Shown here in pieces: positions 38,453 through 47,931 of a stretch of DNA of 64,000 nt. The stretch comes from an uncultured Gemmatimonadaceae bacterium (GTDB lineage Bacteria > Gemmatimonadota > Gemmatimonadetes > Gemmatimonadales > Gemmatimonadaceae): the NCBI GenBank assembly GCA_963790305.1, contig CAWBOC010000005.1, positions 672,001-736,000 on the forward strand, in the 5' to 3' direction. Numbering within the stretch: the first letter of the stretch is position 1; the number at the start of each line of letters is the position of its first letter. The notes below the pieces were generated by a model that was given only the letters and a program-made list of their open reading frames with translations, was not told the origin of the DNA and did no database searches. The position numbers and the translations under genes are program-made.

Positions 38453-38876
38453 TTGGTGACGCTGGTGCAGCAGGCGGGAGGGATCGTTTGGCGTGCGGCG
38501 GCTGCCGGCGCTGAAGTGCTGGTAGTGAGCGCGAAACACGAGCACGAGCACTGGATCTTTCCCAAGGGAGATGTGGAGGCTGGGGAATCACCAGCCGAGG
38601 CGGCAGAGCGCGAGGTGCGCGAGGAAGCGGGCGTCGACAGCCGCGTGGTGGCGCCGGCGGGCGACCTCGAGTTCGCGCACGAAGGGCGTCATTCTGCGCG
38701 TGACCTATTTCCTGCTCGAGCTCACCAGGCGAGTGGGAGAGGGCGACGGTCGCACGGTGACATGGCGCACGATCGACGACGCGCTGGAAGCGCTGACCTT
38801 CGAGGGCACGCGGAGACTGCTGCGAACGCTGCGTCGAAAGATCGAGACGCAGGCGAGACGGGCGCGAGCGGGATAG
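38453..38876 (+). CDS. NUDIX hydrolase; frameshift ~38695
   Basis: QQAGGIVWR, WIFPKGDVEAGESPAEAAEREVREEAG; C-terminus lies in ORF 38571..38876. Confidence 0.85.
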
Positions 38877-39021
38877 CTGAGGGCAGGGGTCAGGGGGCAG
38901 GGAAGGAAAGGCAAACGGCGGCGCATTCGCGCCGCCGTTAGCTCATTGGATGAGGCGGCTGCGGCGAAGCCGCGCCCGCCCTTTCCACCCCTGACCCCTG
39001 ACTCCTGACTCCTGACCCCTA
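38874..39021. repeat. GGRGTCA-family element, copy 5, with branched core (inverted relative to copy 4)
   Basis: Bounded by the TAG stops of both convergent genes; core 38905-38986. Confidence 0.9.
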
Positions 39022-41355
39022 GAAAAAGACCGCGTGTCCAACGATGCCGCTCGCCCCCGGGTTGCCGGAACTGAATCCGCCGGCACCGGGCGTTCCGATC
39101 TGGAACGTGTTGTTCGGGCCGATCGTGACCGTGCTGGCCGCATTGTGGACGATGCCGATCGAGGGACCGCCGCCACCGCCACCGCCGTGGCCGCCTGCGC
39201 CACCCGTTCCGCCATTGCCGCCGCGGCCGCCCGTTCCGCCGCCACCACACCCACTGCCGCCCAATGCGCCAAGGCCGCCCGGGCCGCCGTTGCCCCCCAT
39301 CCCGCCGGCGCCGCCGGCACCTCCCGCTCCGGTGATGATCGTATTCCGATCGATCACGATCCCGGTAGAGGAGCGCACGAAGATCGCGAACGATCCAGGG
39401 CCGCCCTTCCCACCTTGGCCCAGGTTCCCACCGCCTCCGCTTGCTCCGCCGCCACCGCCCCCACCGCCAGCGCCGGCCGCCGTGCCGCTTCCACCACCAC
39501 CGCCCCCTCCGCCGCTGGCCGGGGTCCCGCTGGTTCCGTCCGTCCCATCGGCAGGGACGTAGCCCGACGCCGACACGGTTCCGATCTGGTCACCGCCCGT
39601 TCCATTCTGCCCCGCGCTGCCATTCGTGCCGTCCTCACCAGCGCCGCCTGCGGGCGTCGCCAGCGTTCCGCCGGTACCGCCCGTTCCGCCCGTTAGGCTC
39701 CCCGCCGCGGTCCCGCTCGTGCCGTTCTCTCCACTGACGCCCTGAGAGCCTCCGTCTCCACCTTCACCGCCGGCAACTCCCAACTGCGACCCCGCCGACG
39801 GCGGGCCTGGCTGGCCGGCAGCGCCACCTGCACCACCCGTCGGCGTTGCGCTGCAGACCGCGGCGGCACCGGTATCCCCCGGACGGCCTTGCACGCCGTT
39901 GGACCCGAACTGGCCACCCGAGCCACCGAGTGCATTACCGGCCGTGATCTCGCTGTTGGTGATGGTGATGTTCTGCATCTGGGTGAGAAAGACCGTGTGC
40001 ACGCTGAGACCGGTCGCGGTCGCCTCGTGAGGCGTCCGGATGCGCATGCCGTCGATGATGACGTTCGATGCGTTGAGCCCGATCACCGTGATCATGTTCT
40101 GGCCGCCGGTGAGCACCACCGGGAATTGCATCGGGTCCCGGAGCCACGTAGCGCTCTGATAGCCACCGTAGATACTCACGCCGGTCTGAAGACCGATGGT
40201 CTCTTCGTACAAGCCATTGGCGACGTAGACATCGGTGCCGCCACCCGCGGCCGTCGCGAGTCCGAGTCCGCGGACGATCGTTCTCACGGGATTGACCCGT
40301 GTTCCCGAATTCATGTCATTGCCCAGCGGGCTCACGAAGATCGCGCGAGTCTTGTCCTCCATCACGAACACATCGGTCACGGACGCCTGGCTCTGCGAGC
40401 CGCCCGGGTCCGTAACGCGAAGCTCGAAGCGAATGGTTGTCACGTCCCCCGGGGCTGTGAACGTCGGTGACGGGCCGGTCAAGAAACCGACGCCACCGGT
40501 GACATCGGGTCCAAAGACCTGCGTCCATCGATACGTGAGCGCTTGACCTTCTGGATCCGTTCCGCTCCCAGTCAGCGTGACCAGCTCGCTGCGATTCACC
40601 TCCTGGCTCGGACCCGCATTCGCGGACGGAGTCGTGTTCACGACCGTCCGGAAGGACCATGTGTAGGTGCCCTCCATTGGATTACCATCGACGTCGACGA
40701 TGCCGGAGAGGACGACGTTGTAAGTGGTGTCCGGATGCAGGAGCGAAGTTGGCCTGAAGGTCACCGAATTGCCGGATCCACCGAATGTGCCCGGGACCAG
40801 TGGCCCGTTGAGTGGCGCAAGCTGGAATGACGTCAGGTTTACCGACGCATGATTCACGGGCTCGTTGAACGTCACCATCAGCACCACGTTTCTCGGCACG
40901 CCCGACGAGCCCGCGCCGGGCACGGTCGTCGTGACTACGGGACCCGCCTCGGCGGTCGTGAACGACCACGTCTGCTCCTGGGCCAGTGCATTTCCGCCGA
41001 GGTCGGCGACGCCGTTCGTCAGTCGCGCGATGTAGGTGGTTCCAAACGCCAGCGGTGCGGCTGGTGTGAACGTCGCCGTCGTCCCGGAGGTCGTGACGGC
41101 TCCAGCGATCGCTGCGCCCCCAGCGGGCGTAACCGTGAAGGTGGTCGTCGTGACCGAGCTGCTGGCGATGGCTTCGGAGAAGGTGGCCGTGACCGTGGTA
41201 TTGCGGGCAACGCCAATGGCGCCGGCGGTCGGTGTGGTGGCGATGACACTCGGGGCCGTACGATCGAAGTCGACGCCTCCGTCGCCGCCGCCGCAGGAGA
41301 TCAGAAGGGGCGCGATCGCTACGAGCACGCCGAGGAGGCGAGTGCGGGCTTTCAT
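39019..41355 (-). CDS. Surface lipoprotein: two Big_5-like Ig domains, a PKD-like domain and a Gly-rich C-terminal region
   Basis: Lipobox LLISC; TVTATFSE..WSFTT twice; ANAGPSQEV..LTYRWTQ; IFVSPLGND; GGxGGxGG runs. Confidence 0.8.
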   Translation of the reverse strand: MKARTRLLGVLVAIAPLLISCGGGDGGVDFDRTAPSVIATTPTAGAIGVARNTTVTATFSEAIASSSVTTTTFTVTPAGGAAIAGAVTTSGTTATFTPAAPLAFGTTYIARLTNGVADLGGNALAQEQTWSFTTAEAGPVVTTTVPGAGSSGVPRNVVLMVTFNEPVNHASVNLTSFQLAPLNGPLVPGTFGGSGNSVTFRPTSLLHPDTTYNVVLSGIVDVDGNPMEGTYTWSFRTVVNTTPSANAGPSQEVNRSELVTLTGSGTDPEGQALTYRWTQVFGPDVTGGVGFLTGPSPTFTAPGDVTTIRFELRVTDPGGSQSQASVTDVFVMEDKTRAIFVSPLGNDMNSGTRVNPVRTIVRGLGLATAAGGGTDVYVANGLYEETIGLQTGVSIYGGYQSATWLRDPMQFPVVLTGGQNMITVIGLNASNVIIDGMRIRTPHEATATGLSVHTVFLTQMQNITITNSEITAGNALGGSGGQFGSNGVQGRPGDTGAAAVCSATPTGGAGGAAGQPGPPSAGSQLGVAGGEGGDGGSQGVSGENGTSGTAAGSLTGGTGGTGGTLATPAGGAGEDGTNGSAGQNGTGGDQIGTVSASGYVPADGTDGTSGTPASGGGGGGGGSGTAAGAGGGGGGGGASGGGGNLGQGGKGGPGSFAIFVRSSTGIVIDRNTIITGAGGAGGAGGMGGNGGPGGLGALGGSGCGGGGTGGRGGNGGTGGAGGHGGGGGGGPSIGIVHNAASTVTIGPNNTFQIGTPGAGGFSSGNPGASGIVGHAVFF

Positions 41356-41535
41356 TCTTGATTGTCAAGGGAATGTCAAGGGGCGGCGAAACAAATGTCT
41401 ACGCGCGGGGTGGCGAATCATAAAATACGGTGCAGCGAAGTCAAACCCGCGTAGTCAGCACTTGTGGGTCGAGCGGAAATGCCGGACAATCCCGGGTTAT
41501 CGTACAGTTCCACGGATTCCTCGCCGGAGAATCGC

Positions 41536-42645
41536 ATGACGCTCGACGAGCTGGAAACACCCGCCCCGGTCGTCGACCTCGCCCGCATGGAGCGCAACCT
41601 CGACGGCATGGCGGCCTACGCGGCGTCGCATGACCTCGCGCTGCGTCCCCACATCAAGACCCACAAGACGCCGTGGCTGGCCGCCGAGCAGTTGCGGCGC
41701 GGCGCGGTCGGAGTGACGTGTGCGACGCCCCGTGAGGCAGAGGTGATGAGCGAGGTCGCCGAGGACGTGCTGCTCGCGTACCCAGCCGTCGGATCCGTGC
41801 GGGCGCGCCGCGTTGCCGCCCTCCCTGCTGATGTTCGGCTCACCGTTGCGCTCGATTCTGTGCACGCCGCTGACGATCTCGCCGACGCGGCTCGCGAAGC
41901 GGGCCGCCGCGTCGGCGTTCTGATCGAGTGCGACATGGGAATGCGGCGCGTCGGCGTGCAGACGCCGGAGGACGCCGTCGCTCTCGTGAGGCACGTGGCC
42001 GGCCGACGCGAGCTGGAGTACGCGGGCATCGCTTTCTATCCTGGCCATATTCGCGAGCCGGTAGATCAGCAGGGCGATGCGCTGAAGGCGCTGACTCAAC
42101 GCGTCAGCCGCACGCTGGACGTGCTGAGGCGTGCCGACCTCGACCCGGCGATCGTGAGCGGCGGCTCGACGCCGACCGCGCTGCGCACGCACGAGATCGA
42201 GGGTGTGACCGAGATGCGCCCGGGCACCTACATCTTCAACGACCGGACGACGGCGGCCATCGGTGCCTGTACGATGAATGAGTGCGCGCTCACGGTGCTC
42301 GCTACGGTGGTGAGTATTGCGGTACCCGGCCAGGCCGTCATCGACGCCGGAACCAAGTCACTCGGCCGCGAGCCAATGCGCGGCGCTGAGGGCGATGGGT
42401 TCGGGGTGGTATACGGTCGTGAGGATGTCGTCGTGCGCGCGATGTCAGAGGAGCACGGCCTCCTCGATCTGTCGCGGACGGATTGGCGGCCCGCCGTCGG
42501 CGACCGCGTACGCGTTATCCCCAATCATGTGTGCATCGTGGTCCATCTGTTCGATATGGTGCACGGCATACGCGGGGAGACCGTCGAATCGAGCTGGCAG
42601 GTGCCCGCGCGTGGCCGGGCGGCGCAGGTTGATGTCCTCGGTTGA
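41536..42645 (+). CDS. PLP-dependent enzyme of the D-threonine aldolase/DSD1 type (alanine racemase fold)
   Basis: LETPAPVVD, LRPHIKTHK, SGGSTPT, EMRPGTYIFND, DAGTKSL, SEEHG, PNHVC. Confidence 0.9.
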   Translation: MTLDELETPAPVVDLARMERNLDGMAAYAASHDLALRPHIKTHKTPWLAAEQLRRGAVGVTCATPREAEVMSEVAEDVLLAYPAVGSVRARRVAALPADVRLTVALDSVHAADDLADAAREAGRRVGVLIECDMGMRRVGVQTPEDAVALVRHVAGRRELEYAGIAFYPGHIREPVDQQGDALKALTQRVSRTLDVLRRADLDPAIVSGGSTPTALRTHEIEGVTEMRPGTYIFNDRTTAAIGACTMNECALTVLATVVSIAVPGQAVIDAGTKSLGREPMRGAEGDGFGVVYGREDVVVRAMSEEHGLLDLSRTDWRPAVGDRVRVIPNHVCIVVHLFDMVHGIRGETVESSWQVPARGRAAQVDVLG

Positions 42646-42729
42646 GCTTCAAACGGCGGAGGCTCAGAAGGCCGCGCGCGGATTTACGCCCGACACGGAC
42701 CCATGTCTAATCCCAGGATGATGCTGAAT

Positions 42730-43986
42730 ATGCGACTGACGACTCTCCTGCTGCTCGCCGCCGTCACGCTGGAGCCATTGAGCGCGCAGGCGACGGATCC
42801 ACACCTCGCGCGCGCGCGGCGTGTGCTCCGGCAGACGCCGCTCATTGACGGGCATAACGATCTACCGTGGGCGATCCGCACCGACTCGGTCGCGCGGCAC
42901 GACGTCGAAAAATACGATCTTCGCAGGACGACGCCCGGGCACACCGATCTCGCGCGGCTCAAGGCGGGAATGGTCGGCGGACAGTTCTGGTCGGTTTACA
43001 TCCCCGCCAACGTCCGTGATTCGGGATACGCGCGCGTGCAGCTCGAGCAGATCGACATCGCTCGGCAGGTCATCGCGAAGTACCCGGAGATCGAGTGGGC
43101 CCTTACCGCTGACGCGCTGCGCGCGAGCCACGCGCGCGGACGCATCGGGTCGCTCCTCGGCCTCGAGGGGGGGCACGCCATTGAGAACTCGCTCGGGGCG
43201 CTGCGCACCTACTACGATCTGGGCGCACGCTACATGACGCTCACCCACTCGGCGAACATCGATTGGGCGGACTCGGGAACCGATTCCGTGCGGCACGGCG
43301 GCCTGACGAAATTCGGCGAGGAGGTCGTCCGCGAGATGAACCGGCTTGGAATGCTCGTGGACCTCTCGCACGTGTCACCCGGTACGATGAGCGACGCGCT
43401 CAACGTCAGCGAAGCCCCGGTCATCTTCTCGCACTCCTCCGCGCGCGCGGTCACCGATGTTCCGCGCAACGTTCCCGACTCGATCCTCAAGCGGCTTCCG
43501 CAGAATGGCGGCCTCGTCATGGTCACGTTCGTGCCGGGATTCGTCTCGCGACAGGTAGCCGAGTACGGCAGTGAGATGCAGCGCGTGAATGCAGAGCTGC
43601 GGCAGCGGTTCGCGAGTGACGACGCGGCGCGCCGCCGTGAGCTCGCCGCGTGGCGCGAGTCGCACCCCGGGCCGAAGGCAACACTCAAGGACGTTGCCGA
43701 CCACATCGATCACATTCGCCGAGTCGCGGGCGCCGATCATGTGGGCATCGGGGGGGACTTCGACGGCATCAGTGAGACGCCGGTTGGGCTCGAGGATGTC
43801 TCGACATATCCCGCGCTCTTTGCCGAGCTCTCGCGGCGGGGATGGTCCGAAGCGGATCTGCGAAAGCTCGCCGGCGAGAACCTGCTGCGCGCCCTCAAGC
43901 GCGCCGAGGTCGTCTCGGCGCGGTTGAAGCAGCAGCGCACGCCGTCCACCAGGACCATTCAGGAGCTCGACGGAACCCGAACGTGA
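42730..43986 (+). CDS. M19 membrane dipeptidase
   Basis: IDGHNDLPW, GGQFWSVY, LEGGH, MTLTH, VDLSHVS, FSHSS, GGDFDG. Confidence 0.93.
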   Translation: MRLTTLLLLAAVTLEPLSAQATDPHLARARRVLRQTPLIDGHNDLPWAIRTDSVARHDVEKYDLRRTTPGHTDLARLKAGMVGGQFWSVYIPANVRDSGYARVQLEQIDIARQVIAKYPEIEWALTADALRASHARGRIGSLLGLEGGHAIENSLGALRTYYDLGARYMTLTHSANIDWADSGTDSVRHGGLTKFGEEVVREMNRLGMLVDLSHVSPGTMSDALNVSEAPVIFSHSSARAVTDVPRNVPDSILKRLPQNGGLVMVTFVPGFVSRQVAEYGSEMQRVNAELRQRFASDDAARRRELAAWRESHPGPKATLKDVADHIDHIRRVAGADHVGIGGDFDGISETPVGLEDVSTYPALFAELSRRGWSEADLRKLAGENLLRALKRAEVVSARLKQQRTPSTRTIQELDGTRT

Positions 43987-44549
43987 CCGAGGTCCGGCGA
44001 TGCGAATGGGCGCGACTCCCGCTCGACATCGTCTATCATGACACGGAGTGGGGCGTCCCCGTGCACGACGATCGCACGCACTTCGAGTTCATAACACTCG
44101 AGGGGGCGCAGGCCGGCCTGAGCTGGTCGACGATCCTCAAGAAGCGCGAACGCTATCGTGAGGTGCTCGACGGTTTCGACCCGGAGCGCATCGCGCGGTA
44201 CACCAGGCGCAAGCTCGACACGCTGCTCCGTGACCCAGGCATTGTACGCAACAAGCTCAAGGTCGCGTCCCTCGTCCCGAACGCGCGAGGGTTTCTCGCC
44301 GTGCGTGATGAGCTCGGCTCGTTCGACGCGTTCGTCTGGCGTTTCGTGGGTGGTGCTCCGAAGCGCAACGACCGTCGAACGCTCAAGGACATTCCCGCGA
44401 AGACGGCTGAGTCGGATGCGCTGAGCAAGGAGCTGCTGCGACGGGGGTTCAAGTTCGTCGGCTCGACGATTTGCTATGCGTACATGCAGGCATGCGGCCT
44501 CGTCGACGACCACGTGGTCGGATGCTTTCGGCGGGCGCGGCAGTCCTGA
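43983..44549 (+). CDS. tag: DNA-3-methyladenine glycosylase I
   Basis: RCEW..YHDTEWGVP, LEGAQAGLSWSTILKKRE, GFKFVGSTICYAYMQACGLVDDH; GTGA overlap with the upstream stop. Confidence 0.95.
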   Translation: MTEVRRCEWARLPLDIVYHDTEWGVPVHDDRTHFEFITLEGAQAGLSWSTILKKRERYREVLDGFDPERIARYTRRKLDTLLRDPGIVRNKLKVASLVPNARGFLAVRDELGSFDAFVWRFVGGAPKRNDRRTLKDIPAKTAESDALSKELLRRGFKFVGSTICYAYMQACGLVDDHVVGCFRRARQS

Positions 44550-44555
44550 AACAGA

Positions 44556-44583
44556 GCGGGCGGAGTCTTTCGACTCCGCCCGC
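44556..44583. terminator. GC-rich hairpin between convergent genes
   Basis: GCGGGCGGAGTC-TTTC-GACTCCGCCCGC. Confidence 0.6.
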
Positions 44584-44611
44584 GTCATGCAAAGCTCAAC
44601 TCGTCCGGCGC

Positions 44612-46456
44612 TTACCTCACGATTTGCACCTCATCGGTGCCGACGACCTTTCGACCGTCGACCGTCAGGCCATTCAGCGTCAGCATGCCGGTCGTGCGGC
44701 TCAGATCGCCCGCCTTGATCAGGTCGTCGCGATCGAACACCACCAGCAGGTCCTTGTCTCCATCGCGGTCGACGTCGACGAGCACCGCGAGATCACCGTT
44801 GTTGAAGAAGAACTTGTTGTCGCCCCAGTTGCCCAGGTCCGACGGCGCCGAGAAGTGCGCGCCATGCTTGAGTTGCGCGACGGGAACGCCGGCGAGCCTG
44901 AGGCTCGACACGTTGACGTCCGCCGCATTGAGTCTCTCTGACGAGAGCACCGCGACCGCGATCAGCCTGTCGAACGGACCCTTCATGTAGATGCGGTTGG
45001 TCTTGTGCCACGGTTTGATGTCGATGTCGATCTCGTCGATCTTCACCACGACCTGGGCCTCGACCGCGTTGGCCGCACCCTCGTCCTTGTCGTGCAGCGC
45101 CACGCGCACGGTGTAGGTGCCGGGCTCCGTATAGCTGTGGCTACCGCGGATCGGAAGGGCAAGACTGGTCGCGTCACCTTCGTCAACACTGCCGTCGCCC
45201 CACGTGATCGAATAGTGCCAAGGCGCATCAAGCACGCCGGCATCACTCAGCGCAACCGAGACGTCGTATGGCTCGCCGATGAACCTGGTGGCGCCTTCGA
45301 GCGCGCTCAGCGAGGGAAGAGCGTTCGACACATCGACGCGCGTCGTCACCAGCGTGACGAGCTCGCCGTCGCTCACTGCCAGCGTCGCGGAATACGCGCC
45401 GTTGTCGACGAAGCGGTGCGAGACGCTCTGTCCGTTCATGTTCGTGCCGTCACCCAATGTCCAGGCGTACGTGAGTGCGTCGCCATTCTCGTCGGTGGCC
45501 GAGCCGCTCAGGTCCACGGTCTCCCCCTCGATCGACGCGTACGGTCCACCCACTTCGACGACAGGCGGAACGTTCACTGGCTCCGGCGCGCAGCTGTTTG
45601 CCTCACGATACCCCGCGCCACTCGGCGTGTAGGTGATCGCGCAACCCTGCAGTCCGAGCACCGCCGCCCCGGCGGCCGTGCGCATGTTCGCCGCGCCCGC
45701 GGCGACACCCGCGCTGGCGTTCGAGACAATCATCTGCATCTCGCGATAGGCGAACACGACTTCGCCCGTACGCTCCACCAGCTGGAGCTGGAAGCTGCTG
45801 CCAGGATACGAAAGGCTGCAGCACGGGCGCATGTCGTTCCACGTCACGACGTAGCGACGGTTACCCGGCTCGCCGACCGTGTTCACGAAGACGCGGCTGT
45901 TCTGGAGATTCGGGAAGCTGAAGCGCGACGCCGGCATCCAGTCTGCGTACGCCGGCGCGGCGAGAACGAACGCGCCGTCCGGGATATTCCAGGTGCGCTT
46001 GAAGTTGATCGGGCTGCCGAAGCTGATGTGCCCGTTCGCGCTCACGTACACGGACGAGAACGTCTGTCCGTAAAAGGAGAACGAGAACGGAAGCGCCTGC
46101 GGCGTCGTGTCATCATCAATGTACTGAAGTCCCGTTCCCAACTGGGGCACCCATGCTGCCGGTGTCACCGCCGCGAGATCGACGGCCAGCGGCGACAGCG
46201 GCGCCGCCGACAGACGAAGTCCGGCCATGGCGTCCCCGGCGATGCTTCCCGTCGACAACGATACGCCGACCGCATTCGCGCGGGCGTACATGCTGGGCGG
46301 GAGGCCCGGAGCGTACTTGGCCAGCGCGTCCGGCACCTCGACGTAGGAGTCGTTGGTAAAGTCGGGGGCGAACGGCTTGGTGGTGAAGAACTCACAGGCG
46401 CTCGTGGACAGCGTCATCGCGAGGAGCGCGACCGCGGCGTTGCGGTTCGTAAACAT
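44612..46456 (-). CDS. PKD-domain lipoprotein
   Basis: Lipobox STSAC; LPFSFSFYGQ..VSANG; YAWTLGDG, ITWGDG..HSYTEPGTYTV; C-terminal IDIDIKP..DVDRDGDKDL. Confidence 0.8.
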   Translation of the reverse strand: MFTNRNAAVALLAMTLSTSACEFFTTKPFAPDFTNDSYVEVPDALAKYAPGLPPSMYARANAVGVSLSTGSIAGDAMAGLRLSAAPLSPLAVDLAAVTPAAWVPQLGTGLQYIDDDTTPQALPFSFSFYGQTFSSVYVSANGHISFGSPINFKRTWNIPDGAFVLAAPAYADWMPASRFSFPNLQNSRVFVNTVGEPGNRRYVVTWNDMRPCCSLSYPGSSFQLQLVERTGEVVFAYREMQMIVSNASAGVAAGAANMRTAAGAAVLGLQGCAITYTPSGAGYREANSCAPEPVNVPPVVEVGGPYASIEGETVDLSGSATDENGDALTYAWTLGDGTNMNGQSVSHRFVDNGAYSATLAVSDGELVTLVTTRVDVSNALPSLSALEGATRFIGEPYDVSVALSDAGVLDAPWHYSITWGDGSVDEGDATSLALPIRGSHSYTEPGTYTVRVALHDKDEGAANAVEAQVVVKIDEIDIDIKPWHKTNRIYMKGPFDRLIAVAVLSSERLNAADVNVSSLRLAGVPVAQLKHGAHFSAPSDLGNWGDNKFFFNNGDLAVLVDVDRDGDKDLLVVFDRDDLIKAGDLSRTTGMLTLNGLTVDGRKVVGTDEVQIVR

Positions 46457-46801
46457 GGGTTGAACCCGAGGTTGATGTCCGTGGTGCTGCGTGCGAAGCC
46501 CCTGCCAGGCAGGCGGGGGTATCCTATGAGATGACGGACATCACGGGAGGGTGGTAATCATTAGAAACGGTCGCTGGTCGTTAGGCTTTTCGCCCTCCCG
46601 AAGCTTCGGGTTCGTTATGCACCTAACCGCTTGGTGGCGTGGATGTTCACCTGTGTGCCCGAACCGTAGGAATGGATGGCCGTGGACTTGCGTTGGCGCG
46701 TGAGGTTGGCGTCGCCGAAAGCGCCCGAAAGTGGGCGAAAACACACCGTTTCGCGTGGCCGGAATTCAGGCCAAAAAGGCAGGGAATGCGGAAACTATTT
46801 C

Positions 46802-47701
46802 CTACTCCTCGACCTTTGTTCCTTCTCGGCGCTGCAGAAGGATGACCGCGAGCGCGATGAGCGCTCCTCCGGCGAGGGTCGAGGAAGGCAGGGGCTGCGT
46901 CAGAACGAGGGCGCCGAGCAGCGTGGTGAAGAACGGCTCGATCGTCGACACGATCGCCGTACGGACCGGGCCGAGCACGGCCAGGCCGCCGAGGAAGAAC
47001 AGAAACGCCACCGCCGTCCCAATGATCGCAAATCCGGCAATGGCGACCCATGCGGCTGGGTCGAGCTGGACGGTGAGGGTCCGTGTCACCAGACCGGTAA
47101 TGACGTGAACGATGCCCGCTCCGAACGCCACGTACGCTGACATCACGGTGGGGCGGATTCCCTCCTGCATGCGACCGATCGTAGGGATGTACAAGCCGTA
47201 GCACGCGGCGGCGGAGAGCGAGAGGAGCACGCCCACGAATGGCACATCAGTGGACTCCGACCATGGAGTGCCGACCATCGTGGCAGTCCCGGCGAAGGAG
47301 ATGGCGAGCGCCAGGAGTCGGCGCGCATCGACGCGCTCGGTGCTGCTCACGAAGGAGAACACCGCCACCCACGCCGGATACGTGTAGAAGAGGAACGCGT
47401 TCGTGCCGGCGGGGAGATGATCGAGCGCCCGCAGCGCGAGAAACGAGATGAGAGCCTGTCCGCCGCCGCCAATGAGAAGCACTCGCGCCGCGAGCGCACG
47501 TGGAATGCGAAGGGCGCGCACGCCGCCGGCTGCGGCAGTGAGAAGCACGGCCGCGAAGAGAAAGCGCCACGCGAGTATCGACGTGAGCGGCGCGCCGGTG
47601 CGTCGAGCGAGGACCACGAAGATCGCAATGGCGCCGAAGCAGCATGCGCCGAGCACGATGAAGAGCGTGGCGCGCGCAGTGGAAGGCGGTCGTCCCGGCG
47701 T
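46802..47701 (-). CDS. DMT/EamA-family transporter (start uncertain)
   Basis: About 10 TM segments; LFYTYPAWV, STIEPFFT; first canonical start is GTG 47656, with an in-frame ACG at 47701. Confidence 0.85.
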   Translation of the reverse strand, partial: TPGRPPSTARATLFIVLGACCFGAIAIFVVLARRTGAPLTSILAWRFLFAAVLLTAAAGGVRALRIPRALAARVLLIGGGGQALISFLALRALDHLPAGTNAFLFYTYPAWVAVFSFVSSTERVDARRLLALAISFAGTATMVGTPWSESTDVPFVGVLLSLSAAACYGLYIPTIGRMQEGIRPTVMSAYVAFGAGIVHVITGLVTRTLTVQLDPAAWVAIAGFAIIGTAVAFLFFLGGLAVLGPVRTAIVSTIEPFFTTLLGALVLTQPLPSSTLAGGALIALAVILLQRREGTKVEE

Positions 47702-47794
47702 AGTGTCTCTCTCTTGTGGGTCTGTGGCCGGGGATTCTATTTAGGCTTGTGCGTTTGAACAACGTCTCTCTGCTCCATTCGCGCAACGAGTTTG

Positions 47795-47889
47795 ACTGCA
47801 TCACCACAGAGGCATAGAGGGCACAGAGAACTTCACACGCTTTTTGGACGACCTCCTCTGTGCCCTCTGTGCCTCTGTGGTGATGCAGT
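47795..47889. repeat. Palindromic element with CACAGAGG-type 9-bp arms, copy 1
   Basis: ACTGCATCACCACAGAGGCA / TGCCTCTGTGGTGATGCAGT; lies between divergent genes. Confidence 0.92.
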
Positions 47890-47931
47890 TCGGCTCATTG
47901 CGAACGCGACCCGACCTACCGTCATCAGGTC

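Noticed and set aside
39019..39950. Gly-rich region as a mycobacterial PE-PGRS gene or transferred DNA
   Set aside because: There is no PE domain; it is the low-complexity tail of an Ig-domain lipoprotein
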